From: Octopus vulgaris
Lineage: Eukaryota
Assembly: GCA_951406725.2 (NCBI GenBank)
Contig: OX597814.1
Location: forward strand, 193,936,001 to 194,000,000
Direction: 5' to 3'
DNA length: 64,000 bases
Part shown: positions 37,610 to 51,559 of the stretch, piece by piece
Layout of the letters: each line of letters begins with the position of its first letter
How positions within the stretch are numbered: the first letter of the stretch is position 1
Position numbers and translations under genes: made by a program
Notes under the pieces: model-generated
What the model was told of the DNA's origin: nothing
What the model saw: the letters and a program-made list of their open reading frames with translations, nothing else
Database searches by the model: none

Positions 37610-38040
37610 GGCGATGAGCTGGCAGAATCTTTTGCATGCCGGGCAAAATGCTTAGCGGAGTTTCGTCCTTCTTCATGTTTTGAGTTCAAATTCCGCTGCG
37701 GTTGACTTTGCCTTTCACTCTACCGGGTATCGATAAAGTAAGTACCAGTTGATCACTGGGGTCGATATATATTTCTTTACTACCCGCAAGGGGCTAAACA
37801 CAAAGGGGACAAACAAGGACAGACAAAGGGATTAAGTCGATTACCTCGACCCCAGTGCGTAACTGGTACTTAATTTATCGACCCTGAAAGGATGAAAGGC
37901 AAAGTCGACCTCGGCGGAATTTGAACTCAGAACGTAACGGCAGACGAAATACGGCTACGCATTTCGCCCGGCGTGCTAACGTTTCTGCCAGCTCGCCGAC
38001 TGGGGTCGATATAATCGACTTAGCCCTCCCCCGATAATGC
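37610..38040. mobile_element. SINE family B (+) interrupted by an antisense family B copy
   Basis: TSD ctggggtcgatata on both sides of the inner copy (~37770-37998). Confidence 0.85.
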
Positions 38041-38179
38041 TGACCTTGTGTCAAAACTGGAAACCATTATTAGAATACCAATTCCATTGTATAGAACTTC
38101 TTAGTAACATTCTACCGGCACATGAACCCAAAGTTTTGCGTGGATCACAATTTCATGCAACTTATCCTCTATTTTTCTG

Positions 38180-38580
38180 AGTGGCTGTGTGGTAAGTAGC
38201 TTGCTTACCAACCACATGGTTCCGGGTTCAGTCCCACTGCCTGGCATCTTGGGCAAGAGTCTTCTGCTATAGCCCCGGGCCGACCAATGCCTTGTGAGTG
38301 GATTTGGTAGGCGGAAACTGAAAGAAGCCTGTCGTATATATGTATATATATAGAGAGAGATATGTGTGTGTATATGTTTGTGTGTCTGTGTTTGTCCCTC
38401 TAGCATTGCTTAACAACGGATGCTGGTGTGTTTACGTCCCTGTCACTTAGCGGTTCGGCAAAACAGACCGATAGAATAAGTACTGGGCTTACAAAGAATA
38501 AGTCCCGGGGTCGATTTGCTCGACTAAAGGCGGTACTCCAGCATGGCCGCAGTCAAATGACTGAAACAAGTAGAAGAGTA
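38180..38580 (+). mobile_element. SINE family A
   Basis: Consensus match. Confidence 0.9.
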
Positions 38581-38772
38581 ACTTGCACCAACTATTCCAT
38601 ATGGTCCTATATTTCAGGGACTTCCACCTTCTTTTAAATCCTTTCTCATCACCTGTTTCTCATCATCAGCGCATTAACTAAAGCATTTTACACACAACCC
38701 TCTAACCATCTGAACTACAAAGTTCCCCGTTGTTTGTGGGTAAAGCGAATGGTGAGGAATTTTTTTACATAT

Positions 38773-38961
38773 AGGCACAGGAGTGGTTGTGTGGTAAGTA
38801 GCTTGCTTACCAACCACATGGTTCCGGGTTCAGTCCCACTACGTGGCACCTTGGGCAAGTGTCTTCTACCATAGCCTCAGGCCGACCAAAGTCTTGTGAG
38901 TGGATATTGTAGACGGAAACTGAAAGAATCCGTCGGATATATGTATATGTATGTATGCATG

Positions 38962-39020
<59 letters not shown>

Positions 39021-39270
39021 ATACATACATACATACACAAACAAATATATATGTGTGTATGTGTGTGTCTGTGTTTCTGTGTTTGTCCCCCCAACATCGC
39101 TTGACAACCGATGTTGGTGTGTTCACGTCCCCGTAACTTAGCGGTTCTGCAAAAAGAGACCGATAGAATAAGTACTAGGCTTACAAAGAATAAGTCCAGG
39201 GGGTCGATTTGTTCGACTAAAGGCGGTGCTCCAGCATGGCCGCAGTCAAATGACTGAAACAAAGAAAAGA
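38773..39270 (+). mobile_element. SINE family A
   Basis: Consensus match with expanded internal (TA)n. Confidence 0.9.
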
Positions 39271-39589
39271 AAAGAAACGAAACGAAAGAATAAAATGGAC
39301 GTGATGCCACTATGCATTTCCGTCGGCATGCTTAATGATTCTGCCAGCTCGCTGCTTCGTAAATTAAGATGTTATTACACAGAAGAAAATATTATTAAAT
39401 CAACAGGAAAATATAATTACATTAATCGTGGAATGTATAATTATAGGTATTAAAGCAACAAGTTAAAATGTAATCTGACCTTTTAATGTTTTTTTATTAT
39501 ATTTTTGTATTAAGAATACCGAAATAAATATTTATAATGTTATTAAATTTATTTTGGAAGAAGACTAACAATTTTGAATTGGAGCGGGT

Positions 39590-40157
39590 GGGGTCGTTTA
39601 CATCAAGAGTCTTTCTGGTACTTTATTTTATTGATCCCGAAAGAATAAAAACGCAAAGTTGACCTCGGCGGGATGTGAACTCAGAACGTAAGAAGCCGGA
39701 AGAAATATCGCTAAGTGTTTTGTCTGACACGCTCACGATTCTTATTTCATTATTGCCCACAAGGGGCTAAACATAGAAGGGACAAACAAGGACAGACAAG
39801 AGGTTTAAGTCGATTACATCGACCCCAGTGCGTAACTGGTACTTAATTTATCGATCCCGAAAGAAAGAAAGGTAAAGTCGACCTCGGCGGAATTTGAACT
39901 CAGAACATAAAGACAGACGAAATACCTACTTCTTTACTACCCACAAGGGGCTAAACATAGAGAGGACAAACAAGGACAGACAAACAGATTAAGTCGATTA
40001 GATCGACCCCAGTGCGTAACTGGTACTTATTTAATCGACCCCGAAAGGATGAAAGGCGAAGTCGACCTCGGCGGAATTTGAACTCAGAACGTAACGGCAG
40101 ACGAAATACCGCAAAGCATTTCGTCCGGCGTGCTAACGATTCTACCAGCTCGCTGCC
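39590..40157 (-). mobile_element. SINE family B trimer
   Basis: Junctions cgattc|ttatttc (~39741) and gaaatacc|tacttc (~39927). Confidence 0.85.
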
Positions 40158-40651
40158 TGAAGTAATGTAATTAATTAAAAATGCAATTTTGAATGTAAAA
40201 TTCAAACTCCTTCTAGAATCTCTACATCAATCGTTTTTGCCTTGGACATAAAGATATACTAGTGTATCGAGTCTTCGTTTTGCAACACTCTTCAGTGAAC
40301 TTACGCCTAGGCAAGCTGAATCCATTAAACTGTCTCCTATCTTGTTCGTCCGTCAGAGCGACGAGAACCATGTAGTCATCCTAGGACCACTGATGACCTG
40401 TATGATTATTTTGTTTAGAATGAAAAATTAGTTGCCCACAGTCAACCATACCCTCTCGTCCGTGACCATCCAATTGCAAGACCAGGTCAAGAAGACTGGA
40501 AACGGAAGTGGATGCAGTGAGTGATCGAGACGTCGTACTTGTCTCGTTTTACTCACTGCAGTCCACAATACTTTGCTGTAGCCGTCTTCTTCTCCGTTGA
40601 AACTTGAAGATTTCTCTGTAGAATCCACCGGATCCTGTCTTCACATGTATA

Positions 40652-40883
40652 TATTTCTTTACTGCCCACAAGGAGCTATACACAGAGGAGACAAACAAGG
40701 ACAGACGGATTAAGTCGATTATATCGACCCCATTGCGTAACTGGTACTTAATTTATCGTCCCCGAAAGGATGAAAGGCAAAGTCGACCTCAGCGGAATTT
40801 GAACTCAGAACGTAACGACAGGCGAAATACGGCTACGCATTTCGCCCGGCGTGCTAACGTTTCTGCCAGCTCGCCGCCTTTCA
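40652..40883 (-). mobile_element. SINE family B with 15-bp TSD
   Basis: TSD gtcttcacatgtata at 40637-40651 and 40884-40898. Confidence 0.9.
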
Positions 40884-42115
40884 GTCTTCACATGTATAGG
40901 TAGCCAAACCCTAATATGCTAATTAACTCATAGCTGAAAACACTAGTGGTTAAGAAATGGTTGGTTCCAAACTCTTCATAACCATGCAACTCCCGAACCA
41001 GGGACCCTCTACAGTTTAAATTTATAGCTAGGAGGACATACTGTCTTCTATACCATCGCTACATCCTTAACTTTTCTAACGATGTTGACTATAGCTTTTC
41101 TGAAAAGAAGATTTATTCGATATAGTCACCGTTCTCCAGCAATTACTCCTACTCTGACACGACTAGGACTCCTCTAATCTCCAGAACTGTTAATAATCGT
41201 CATTTTATTATGCAAATTCCCAGTCTTTGTGAATTTAAAACATTAACAGTTGTCTTGTATCCTTACTTCTTCAACCAAAAGAGTTTAAAAGTACAGCGAA
41301 CCCGCCTCAGAATTAAGTAATAAAAAAAGAAGTATAACCTTTTTACTAAAAGATATAGTATTCGATTCGCTACGAAATAGCCTTAATTCTCTCGCTTTTT
41401 TGTTGAACATTGTAAGAAAAATATTTTTAAACCAGACAGTCAGTAAAAGGCTATAGTACTTTTATTATCTATTTCTGAAAAGGAGACACCGTGCTTTTAA
41501 ACTTATCTATAAAGCAAGATTCGTTCTGCATCAAGTAGAATTTCAAACCGGCCATTTTGTGTAACTAGAATTCTGTTTATGTTACGCAGCGAAAATATGT
41601 GACTAAATGTGTTTGTTTAGTTCTAAATTTGCGCGTAGAGTTGCTTCTTTCAGCTTATAGATACTTTTGTTAGTGTATTATTCAAAGTTGAATTATTTTC
41701 TTTCAGTTTTTATCTTTGATTGACATTTATACTTATTGTGTTGTTTGCGGGGATTTTTCTGTGTATTTTATTGCATCTTTCGGCTATGTTTATTTATGTT
41801 TATTTATTTGTGTATGTTTAGGTTAATTATTTAGATTTGAACGACTTTCTTCAGTCTCGTATTATTTCTGACGTGGAAAATCGGATTGACTCTTGCCTGT
41901 TGAATTTTCTTTTTAATTTTCGTTGCTTAGTTTTCAGGTCAGGGGTAGCCGACAGTCGATAGTTGCGCAATCCTATTATGAAAGACATTCTAGCCGTGAC
42001 CGTTCAGTAATGTCAGATATACTTTAATCCAGATTACATTCACCAATGTGTTCTTTTTTAAAAAACAAGTGGGGTAGCTTTGATAGCAAGTCAATCAATA
42101 ACACAGAGGCTTCAT

Positions 42116-42116
42116 C

Positions 42117-42161
<45 letters not shown>

Positions 42162-42184
42162 TTGATGATGATGATGACGATGAC

Positions 42185-42276
<92 letters not shown>

Positions 42277-42290
42277 CGACGATGAAGACG
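42116..42290. repeat. (GAT)n/(GAC)n microsatellite
   Basis: Direct inspection. Confidence 0.95.
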
Positions 42291-42666
42291 ACAGAGGTGG
42301 CGGTGACAACGGTGATGACAGCAATGAAGATGATTTGTAATTGTTCCTGTAGCGTAAATGATGGGGTGGGGAGGAGAGATGGGGTGATCCGCTACGGGCG
42401 GCGCTTTGATGGAGGCAGCACTTTTTGGGGTCTACTGTATAACTGTTATAGGGGGTGAGAAGGGGAGCACTGCTAATTCAAGAGTTGTCCCCGAGTGGCA
42501 CACCCTCTAGCTTCGTCACTTCCCAGTTTAGTCCGAATCTAAAACCAAAAGTGTTCCAATCGTGATCACTATCTTTTTTTTTTCTTTCAGTCATAGTATA
42601 TCTAGGACTACAATATCTAGTGTGTCCTGCATCCTTTTTTTCTAAACAGTAATAAAATGTGATTGT

Positions 42667-43205
42667 GGAGGCGCATGGCTTAGTGGTTAGGGTGTCAGCA
42701 TCATGATCGTAAGATTGTGGTTTCGATTCCTGGACCGGGCGACGCGTTGTGTTCTTGAGCAAAACACTTCATTTCACGTTGCTCCAGTCCACTCAGCTGG
42801 CAAAAATGAGCCACGCTGCGATGGACTGGCGTCCCGTCCAGCTGGGGAACACATACGCCATTGAAACCGGGGAACCGGGCCCATGAGCCTGGCTAGGCTT
42901 TAAAAGGGTGCATTTATTTTGGAGGCGCAATAGCCCAGTGGTTAGGGCAGTGTACTCGTGGTCGGAGGATCACGGTTTCGATTCCCAGACCGGGCGTTGT
43001 ATGTGTTTATTGAGCGAAGACACCTAAAGCGACACGAGGCTCCGGCAGGGGGTGGTGGTGACCCCTGTTGTACTCTTTCGCCCAACTTTCTCTCACTCTC
43101 TCTTCCTGTTTTTTGAGTAACGCTGCGATAGACTGGCGTCACATACGCCACAGAAACAGGGAAACGGGGCCCATGAGCCTGGCTAGACTCGAAAAGGGCG
43201 ACATT
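42667..43205 (+). mobile_element. Two tandem tRNA-derived SINEs (families D and C) sharing one tail
   Basis: Heads with A box (tggcttagtgg / tagcccagtgg) and B box (ggtttcgattcc). Both end in gctgcgat.gactggcgtc...gaaaccggg..cccatgagcctggctag..aaaaggg. Confidence 0.85.
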
Positions 43206-44073
43206 TTAATAAAATGTGATTCAAGAAGAAGCACCTTTGTCGAAAGAGAATTGGGTGTTGGGTAGAGTGATGATAAAATGTTTATTTTGGTAACTGGCTT
43301 TGAATTAGCATCGAGAATCCGATCAATTTCACGGTTTATAGGCGTCGAATGTAATTGACAGTCTTTCACGGTAATAATGGGTTTAACAAACCATTTAAAT
43401 CACGTACCTTGTGTATGTGAGTTCGATGTTGTTTAAATCCCTCGAACTGCTATATTTGAATTTTTTTCCGCGGTATGAAATATTGGAACGTACGAATAGA
43501 TGGTCCTTACACCATTTTTTTTTTTTTTGTAACTGTAGACAGCGATTTAGCTTACATCTGGCCTTGTTTTGGCTACGTGGTGTTGATAAGTCACAAAAAT
43601 GACAAAACATCGACGTCTGTGGCTCCTGAATGGGACCAGATGCGAGTTATCTCGCTTGTCTATGACTTTCAGGTGTTTTAACACCAGGCGAATTGATGAG
43701 AATATATTCTCTTACGCCTACAAGCGTAGCCTGCCCACAAACACCAGCAAATCACGTATATTTGTGTGTATGAGTAAATGTATGTATTTACGTATCTGTA
43801 TGTATAGTGAAGACCAAGATGACTGGGACTTAAAGTTTCGCCTAACAGTTTGTTCAGCCAGTCTGACTGAATTATGAGTATAAAAATACACCAGCAGCTC
43901 ATGCTCAAACGCTCAATTCTTATTTCAATAATCGTTTAAAATATTATTTTCGTACAAATACACATGCGCGTGCGCGCACGCATATAAGTATGTTCATATC
44001 TATCTATCTGCCTATCTATCTATCTCTTACCTCTGTGTCTATCTATCTATCTGCCTATCTATTTATCTCTTAC

Positions 44074-44104
<31 letters not shown>

Positions 44105-44125
44105 TCTATGATGGCAGAATATGAT

Positions 44126-44462
44126 TTGAGGTAAGTTGGCTGCTATTTCTAAACATGCCGAGAAGCTACAAAAACCTCCCTGTGTATGCATGCCAGAACG
44201 TGAAACCCTGAATAGCAGTTTTTTTGGGGTTTTTTGTAATATTTTCGTGATGCTTTTGCAGTTTTAATAATGAGGTATTTTACTCTACCTTCGGTATTCG
44301 AGTACTATTTTTTCCCACCTTGTTTCACATTTATGTGCTTACTCGGGTCACGAAAACATTACAAAAAAACTGCTACTTAGGGTTTCACGTTCTGGCATGC
44401 ATACACATGAAGGTTTTCGTAGCTTCTCGGCATGCTTAGAAATAGCAGCCAACTCACCTCAA
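44126..44462. repeat. ~120-bp imperfect inverted repeat with ~97-bp spacer
   Basis: Arms 44126-44250 and 44348-44462. Confidence 0.85.
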
Positions 44463-44804
44463 CATATATATATATGAATCTAACGATTCTGCCAGCTCGC
44501 TGATTCAATAATTAGAAACAAAGCCTAAAATTTTAGAGGGTGGAACCAGTCGATGTAATCAACTCCGGTGCTTGACTGGTACTTATTTTATCGACCCCGA
44601 AAGGATGGAAAGCAAAGTCGATTTCGGCAGAATTCGAACTCAGAACGTAAAAACAGACGAAATGCCACAAAGTCTTTTTGCCCTGCGTGCAACCGATTCT
44701 GTCAGTTCGCGGCCTTAATAAGTAAAACTTTTCAGACTCAGATAATATACATTAATATATAGTGTATGGGTGACTGCAAGAATGTATAATGCGCATTTTT
44801 AAAG

Positions 44805-44835
<31 letters not shown>

Positions 44836-45610
44836 TTTATACACTTATGTAGCTATCTACACTCACACGTACGTATACGCGCACATACATACAAATACGA
44901 AAATGTCCTATAAACAATTTGTGGAATGTTTTATCCGCACCAACACTTATATGTACAGCGTCAGGGGACAGATTAGTCTGGAAAAGACAAGAGCCAGGGA
45001 AATGAATGGGCTTAATCGGATAGCGAACATGTATCGCCGGCTCGGCTCACTGAGGGCTTACTTCCTATGTACAGTACTCACGCGATCCACTGTATGGAGC
45101 TTCCCCGTGATCGATCGGCCTTATGAAAATAGAAATAGTAACCAAATCTCATTCAAATTTCTTCTTTTTTTTTTATTCTAAAGAGGGAAGGAATAATTGG
45201 ATTATGTAGTCCTGGAAGTACTCTGTATGAAAATTTTTAAAAAAACAAATGATCACGGTTTCCCCCTCTCCTGATCGTGGGCCTGCTTTACCAGGATTTA
45301 TCTCGAGCTAAACAACAACTATAGCTCGTATGTGTACACGCGGAGGTTTATGTAGCTTCTTGGCGTGTTTAGTTAGTAGGGAAGGCAATGCCTATGACCC
45401 TTTTCAGGGCCTTCGGGACTTCTGGGCTAGGGAGAAGGAAAGGTATACTCAAACCGGCAAACCCGAATGCTCGCAAATTGAGAGAACAACTAAGGACCAA
45501 GTTGGGGTGTATTAAAACAGGTGACGAGTTATGTCAAAATCCCTAACTTTGAAAACCACTTAAAATAATAATTTAAAAAATGGACAACATAGTTTCTAAT
45601 ATTCTTTCCA

Positions 45611-46025
45611 TAGGCGTAGGAGTGGCTGTGTGGTAAGTAGCTTGCTTCCCAACCACATGGTTCCGGGTTCAGTCCCACTGCGTGGCACCTTGGGCAAGTG
45701 TTTTCTGCTATAGCTTCGAGCTGACCAAAGCCTTGTGAGTGGACTTGGTAGACGGAAACTGAAAGAAGCCTGCCGTATATATGTATATATATGTATGTGT
45801 GTGTGTGTATGTTAATGTGCCTGTGTTTGCTCCCCGCCCATCGCTTGACAACCGATAGTGGTGTGTTTAAGTCCCCGTAACTTAGCGGTTCGGCAAAAGA
45901 GACCGATAGAATAAATACTAGGCTTACAGAAAATAAGTCATGGGATCGATTTGCTCGACTAAAAAGGCGGTGCTCCAGCATGGCCACAGTCAAATGACTG
46001 AAACAAGTAAAAGAGTGAAAGAATA
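45611..46025 (+). mobile_element. SINE family A
   Basis: Consensus match. Confidence 0.9.
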
Positions 46026-46318
46026 TAAGCAGAAGGCCTGAAATTTTGGGGGTGAAGACTCGTCGCTTTCACCGACACCTGGGCTTGACTGATATTTATT
46101 TTATTGATCCCACAAGGATGAAAGGCAAATTCGACCTCGGTGGAATTTGAACTCAGAACGTAAAGAAGGAAGAAATGTCGCTAAGTAATTTTGTCCGGCG
46201 TGCAAAACGATTCTACAAGCGCGCCATCTTCATGCAGTCTCTGATATACAAACAAACGATATGATCAACTTAGATTTTCTTGGTCAGAATTGACCCAGGA
46301 CTAAGCAACACCAGCAGT

Positions 46319-46698
46319 GGAGGCGCAATGGCCCAGTGGTTAGGGTAGTGGGCTCGCGGTCGGAGGATCGCGGTTTCGATTCCCAGACCGGGCGTTGTTT
46401 GTGTTTATTGAGCGAAAACACCTAAAGGTCTACGAGGCTCCGGCAGGGGATGGTGGCGACCCCTATTATACTCTTTCGCCCCAACTGTCTCTCACTCTTT
46501 CTTCCTATTTCTTGTCCCCGACTTCCTACGCAAACGCTGAGCCTGGATGCGCATTCATCCATCCGTCGATGCTCTCGGTGTCGGGGGTTTGACCTGCTTT
46601 CTCTCTTCTGCGGGTCTTACGAATAGCAAAAGGACCACGTTTCGGACTTCTCCCACTCTGGGACGAAGACCGCTTCGCTCAACAAACAAACAAACAAA
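46319..46698 (+). mobile_element. tRNA(Arg)-like SINE family C, (CAAA)n-tail variant
   Basis: Head ggaggcgcaatggcccagtggttaggg...ctcgcggtc...ggtttcgattccc; TSD aagcaacaccagca. Confidence 0.88.
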
Positions 46699-48000
46699 CA
46701 AGCAACACCAGCAACATCAACGATGATAGATAAAAATTCACATTTAAATTACTGTCACACTCGCACACAAGTGCACACACACATACACAAACACACACAC
46801 ACATACACACACACGCACGCACGACATTTTTTCCATTATAAAAACAGCGAACAAGCTTTGCTTCACGCAGCAGGATTATCTTACAGGTCGAAAGAAAGTG
46901 ACACCACCATATCAGACGATATACCAACTAATTTGGTATTTTACATATTTATTTATTGTTAGATTTCATAGCTTTAGTAATGGCCGATTTTCGCTAATCT
47001 TTTATTTGTTTATTCTTCTTGTTCATAATAAATGTTTATACGTTAAAAGTTTCCTTTTTTATATTTTTCGTTTTATACTCTCTTTTTTTTTCTGATTTAT
47101 TACTTCATCGCTGTCATATCTGAAGATTCAATTATAATTGTAGCAAAATATTTGGCAAAAGATATTTCATTCAATTAAATGAGGGTAGTTGTTGGGTGGC
47201 TTTGAGACACTACAAGCATTGTGCCTAGACAACATAATTCATTTAAACATCCTAATCCGTCTTATAAACTTTGAATGACGTGTAAGTGATAAGGTGAAAG
47301 GCATGAAGTTCTTAACGAAGAAAATCTGTCGGCGTTTCAACTCAGTGGCGTGTCACATACGGTATTTATTATTCTCTCGGTTGTAGGCATGAACTGTTAA
47401 TCTTCCAGTTGCTATTATCCTTTTAACACTGATGTCCACTTGAGTAATCCTTGTTGTAAAATAACTTGTCTCAAGCTTAATGTCTGGAATTTGAGAAGAC
47501 TGATGATGTGCTTCGTCGATAACAATTAATCTCTTAAAAGAAATTAATGAAAGTGTTTGCTAAGTTTCCTTGGAGAACAACATATCTCACGTTTCGAACC
47601 TTTGCACTTTATCAAGAATGAGACAGAGAGAGAGACAGAGAATATGGTGTTGTCACTTTGGCCGCAAGCTAACGAAAATTCTCCTATCTTACAATCAAAT
47701 CGACAATACTCTTTCTTCCTCTCCCCTCTCTCTCTCTCTCTCTTTCTTTTTACCCACTCTCACACGAGCGATATAATCTGAAACGTTAAATTCTCTAAGT
47801 GATTTCTTACATTGGTACACGGCCATATGTAGCAGTTGATAACCAATTGAATTTTACACCATTTCACGACTAGTATTTATTTATTTATTGACTGTAGAGT
47901 GAGAGCAAATGCCAGTTTGACTCAGGCAGTCATTTGAACTCTGAGAATAAAGCATTTAATCTAGTATTCTATCGTTACCAACACTCCGCTCTCTTCTGTA

Positions 48001-48312
48001 GGTGGTGGTGGTGGTGGTGGTGGTGGTGGTGGTGGTATTGGTGGTGGTGGTGAGCGGCGGCGGCAGTGGTGGTGGTGGTGGCGGCAGTGGTGGTGGTGAT
48101 AGTGGTGGCGGTGGCGGCGGCGGTGGCGGCGGCGACGGCGGTGGTAGTGGCGGCAGTGGCAGCGGCGGCGACGGCGGTGGTAGTGGTGGCAGTGGTGGTG
48201 GCGGCAGTGGCAGTGGTGGTGGTTGTGGCGGCGGTGGCAGTGGTGGTGGAGGGGTCGGTGGTGATGGTGGCGGCGGTGGTGCTGGTGCTGGTGCTGATGC
48301 TGGTGGTGGTGG
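48001..48312. repeat. (GGT/GGC)n GC-rich trinucleotide repeat
   Basis: Direct inspection. Confidence 0.9.
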
Positions 48313-48689
48313 GCCCCAAATAAGTCCTGACCGAGCAAATGCATGATTAAATGTGTTCTCGCCAGGGCTACTCCACCATTTTCTTTTAAAAGCGTGCAGA
48401 GTTACATGTTACATTACGTCATTTAACCTTTCTTATTTTGAGACGGAAGCTGTTAATTGAAGGGCAATTTGGTTGCTATTTCAAATTTCAAAAAATATTG
48501 TTGAAGCAGCCAAATATCCCTCAAAACTTCAACTCAACACCGGTCAAGCAGATTTCTGATCAACTACAAGGTGTCTAGGTCTACATTAACTAATGCATGT
48601 CCTTCAAGATGGATTAGGATTTGAGGAAGACTTGGCTGCTGTTTCTATCCGGCTGTGCAACCAAATAATTTCTTTCGTTGTTTCGTAGA

Positions 48690-49108
48690 AAGGTGGCGAG
48701 CAGGCAGAATCGTTAGCACGCCGAGCGAAATGCTTAGCGGTATTTCATCTGCCGTTACGTTCTGAGTTCAAATTCCGTCGAGGTCGACTTTGCCTTTCAT
48801 CCTTTCGGGGTCGATAAATTAAGTACCAGTTACGCACTGGGGTCGATGTAATCGACTTAATACCTATGTCTGTCCTTGTTTGTCTCCTCTGTGTTTAGCC
48901 CCTTGTGGGTAATAAAGACATAGGTATTTCGTCGGCCGTTACGTTCTGAGTTCAAATTCCGCCGAGGTCGACTTTGCCTTTCATCCTTTCGGGATCGATT
49001 AAACAAGTACCAGTTAAGCACTGGGGTCGATATAATCGACTTAATCCGTTTGTCTGTCTTTGTTTGTCCTCTCTGTGTTTAGCCCCTTGTGGGTAGTAAA
49101 GAAATAGG
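48690..49108 (+). mobile_element. SINE family B dimer
   Basis: Junction aaagacata|ggtatttcgtc at ~48922. Confidence 0.88.
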
Positions 49109-50134
49109 AGTAGTGAGAAATGATAGGGCGTTATTATTTAATTTATACTCTCTTCAAGGAATTAACTTGACCTTTTTATTTCGATAGGATTAATAAATTA
49201 ATCCCTACTATAGGCTTATTGATTATACCTCTTCATTGTGAAAATCAATTCTACCTGGTCACTGTGGGTATTAAGGGCCCTTGGACGAAGCAATACATTG
49301 ACTAATCTAAAATTTATGATGAAAACTTGGTTTTTGTATTTGGCTTGTAAAATTCTTGAAGGGAATTCGTGTGTTGAAACAAAATTTGTTTGTGTCATAG
49401 GATAGCGATTACCCAAGTAATATTATTGGCGTAGTGACTCTCTCAAGATACAAGCTACGAGCAAAATATCGATTAGAATTACAAATCAACAATCCTCGAT
49501 TTCCAGGAAATGATTCATGAGAGGTAACTGCCGTTTGGTGAAGGCGCCTGGCTTAGTGGTTAGGGTGTTGCACTCACGATTACTGGACCTGGTGATGCGC
49601 GTTCATGAGCAAAACATCTCCCTTCCTGTTGCTCCAGGCCACTCAGCTGTGCATGAGTGACCCTTCGACGGACAAGCGTCCTGTTCAGGAAAACGCTGAA
49701 ATCGAGGTCAGTTAAACGCCATGGAAACGAGGTATCTGGCCCTCTGAGTCATGTGAAGGCGGGGTTTTACACTCACGACACAAGAGTGTGGTTTCGATCC
49801 CCGGACCGGGCGGTGCGTTGTATCTTGATCATAACACTTCATTTCACAGTGCTCCAATCCGCTCAGCATTAGAGCTAAGCCCGCGACAGACTGGCGTCCC
49901 GTTCAAAGGGAATGTTGTGATTTTAGTCACTTATACGGCCCTCTGGGTCCAGCGACTCGATACAGTACTTACATAATTGTCGTTTGCGCTTAGGGATTAT
50001 TTCCAATCTGTTCTTTGCATATCACATACTTTACATTTTCTTTAGTGCGTGTATAGCTTTCTTTAACTGTCCACAGTTAAAAATAGATAAGTGAAACTTC
50101 TTGCAGAACAGATTATATGCTAAATATACTTCCC

Positions 50135-50200
<66 letters not shown>

Positions 50201-50291
50201 CACGAATAATCAAGAAGGAAGGAGAAAAGATAAATAGATGAATGGATGAATGGATGGATGGATAGATAGAGAGAGAGGGAGAGAGATACAT

Positions 50292-50385
<94 letters not shown>

Positions 50386-50399
50386 GGATGGATAGAGAC

Positions 50400-50705
50400 A
50401 ACCGTCTTAAGTACGAAATAGCCCGACTATGGAAAATGAAGAAGGTGAAGACAGTGCCAATTATTGTTGGGTCCTTGGGAATAGTATCCAAAGGCATCAA
50501 GAGGGATATAAATTGAAATTGGAATAAAGTGCCCTGTAGAACTGTTACAAAAGGTTTGCCCCCTTGGCACGGCCAGAATAAACAGGAAAGAATTGGCTAG
50601 CTGAAAAGGACGGATAGCATGGCACCGTAGGCTGCAGGTAGTAATAAGCCCGCTACACATGCAAAATTCCAGGACCTCCAGCAAAACCTGTGATAAAGAG
50701 AAGAT
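50400..50705 (+). mobile_element. 3' fragment of an R4/Dong-like RLE element ending in (TAA)n
   Basis: YEIARLWKMKKVKTVPIIVGSLGIVSK...LLQKVCPLGTARI, short UTR, then TAA/TTA array. Confidence 0.75.
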
Positions 50706-50733
50706 AATAAGAATGATAATAATAATAATAATT

Positions 50734-50787
<54 letters not shown>

Positions 50788-50836
50788 ATTATTATTATTA
50801 TTATTATTATCAATATTATTATTATTATTATTATTA

Positions 50837-50871
<35 letters not shown>

Positions 50872-51064
50872 GTTATTATATTTTCTACTGGAAGCACAAG
50901 GCCTCGATTTTGGGAGAAGGGCTTAAGTCAATTACATCGATCCCAGTGTCTAACTCAGAATTTGAACTCAGAACGTAGCAGCAGACGATATATCACTAAG
51001 CATTTTCGTCCAGCGCGCTAACGATTCTGCCAGCTTGCCACCTTAATAATAATACTTTCTACTA

Positions 51065-51227
51065 TAGGCGTGGTTGTGTGGTAAGAAGCTTGCTTCCCAA
51101 CCACATGGTTCCAGGTTCAGTCCTACTACGTGACACCTTGGGCAAGTGTCTTCTACTGTAGCCTTGGGCCAACCAAAGCCTTGTGAGTGGATTTGGTAGA
51201 CTGAAACTGAAAGAAACCCGTCGTGTA

Positions 51228-51259
<32 letters not shown>

Positions 51260-51282
51260 AAGAAACCCATCGTATATATATA

Positions 51283-51315
<33 letters not shown>

Positions 51316-51552
51316 ATATCTATATGTCTGTATGTGCGTATGTATTTGCGTTTGTTTGTCCCCCACCACCACCAGCCCCATCGCTTGACAACCGATGTTG
51401 ATCTGTTTACGTCCCCGTAAAGTGGTTCGGCAAACGTGACCGATAGAATAAGTGCTAGGCTTACAAAGAATAAGTCCTGCGGTCGATTCGTTCGACGAAA
51501 GGCGGTGCTCCAGCATGGCCATAGTCAAATGACAGAAACAAGTAAAAGAGTA
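51065..51552 (+). mobile_element. SINE family A
   Basis: Consensus match. Confidence 0.88.
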
Positions 51553-51559
51553 TAGGAAC

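Noticed and set aside
40200-41400. Possible decayed RTE-like LINE on the minus strand
   Set aside because: Only vague similarity; no diagnostic motif could be read with confidence.
46319-46395. tRNA-Arg gene
   Set aside because: A/B boxes are present, but it continues into a SINE body with a TSD and lacks a proper acceptor stem; the same holds for the other SINE heads.
48001-48346. Gly-rich exon of the collagen-like host gene (AG just upstream)
   Set aside because: GGT/GGC microsatellite without Gly-X-Y periodicity or donor site, and it would interrupt the otherwise continuous EMI domain.
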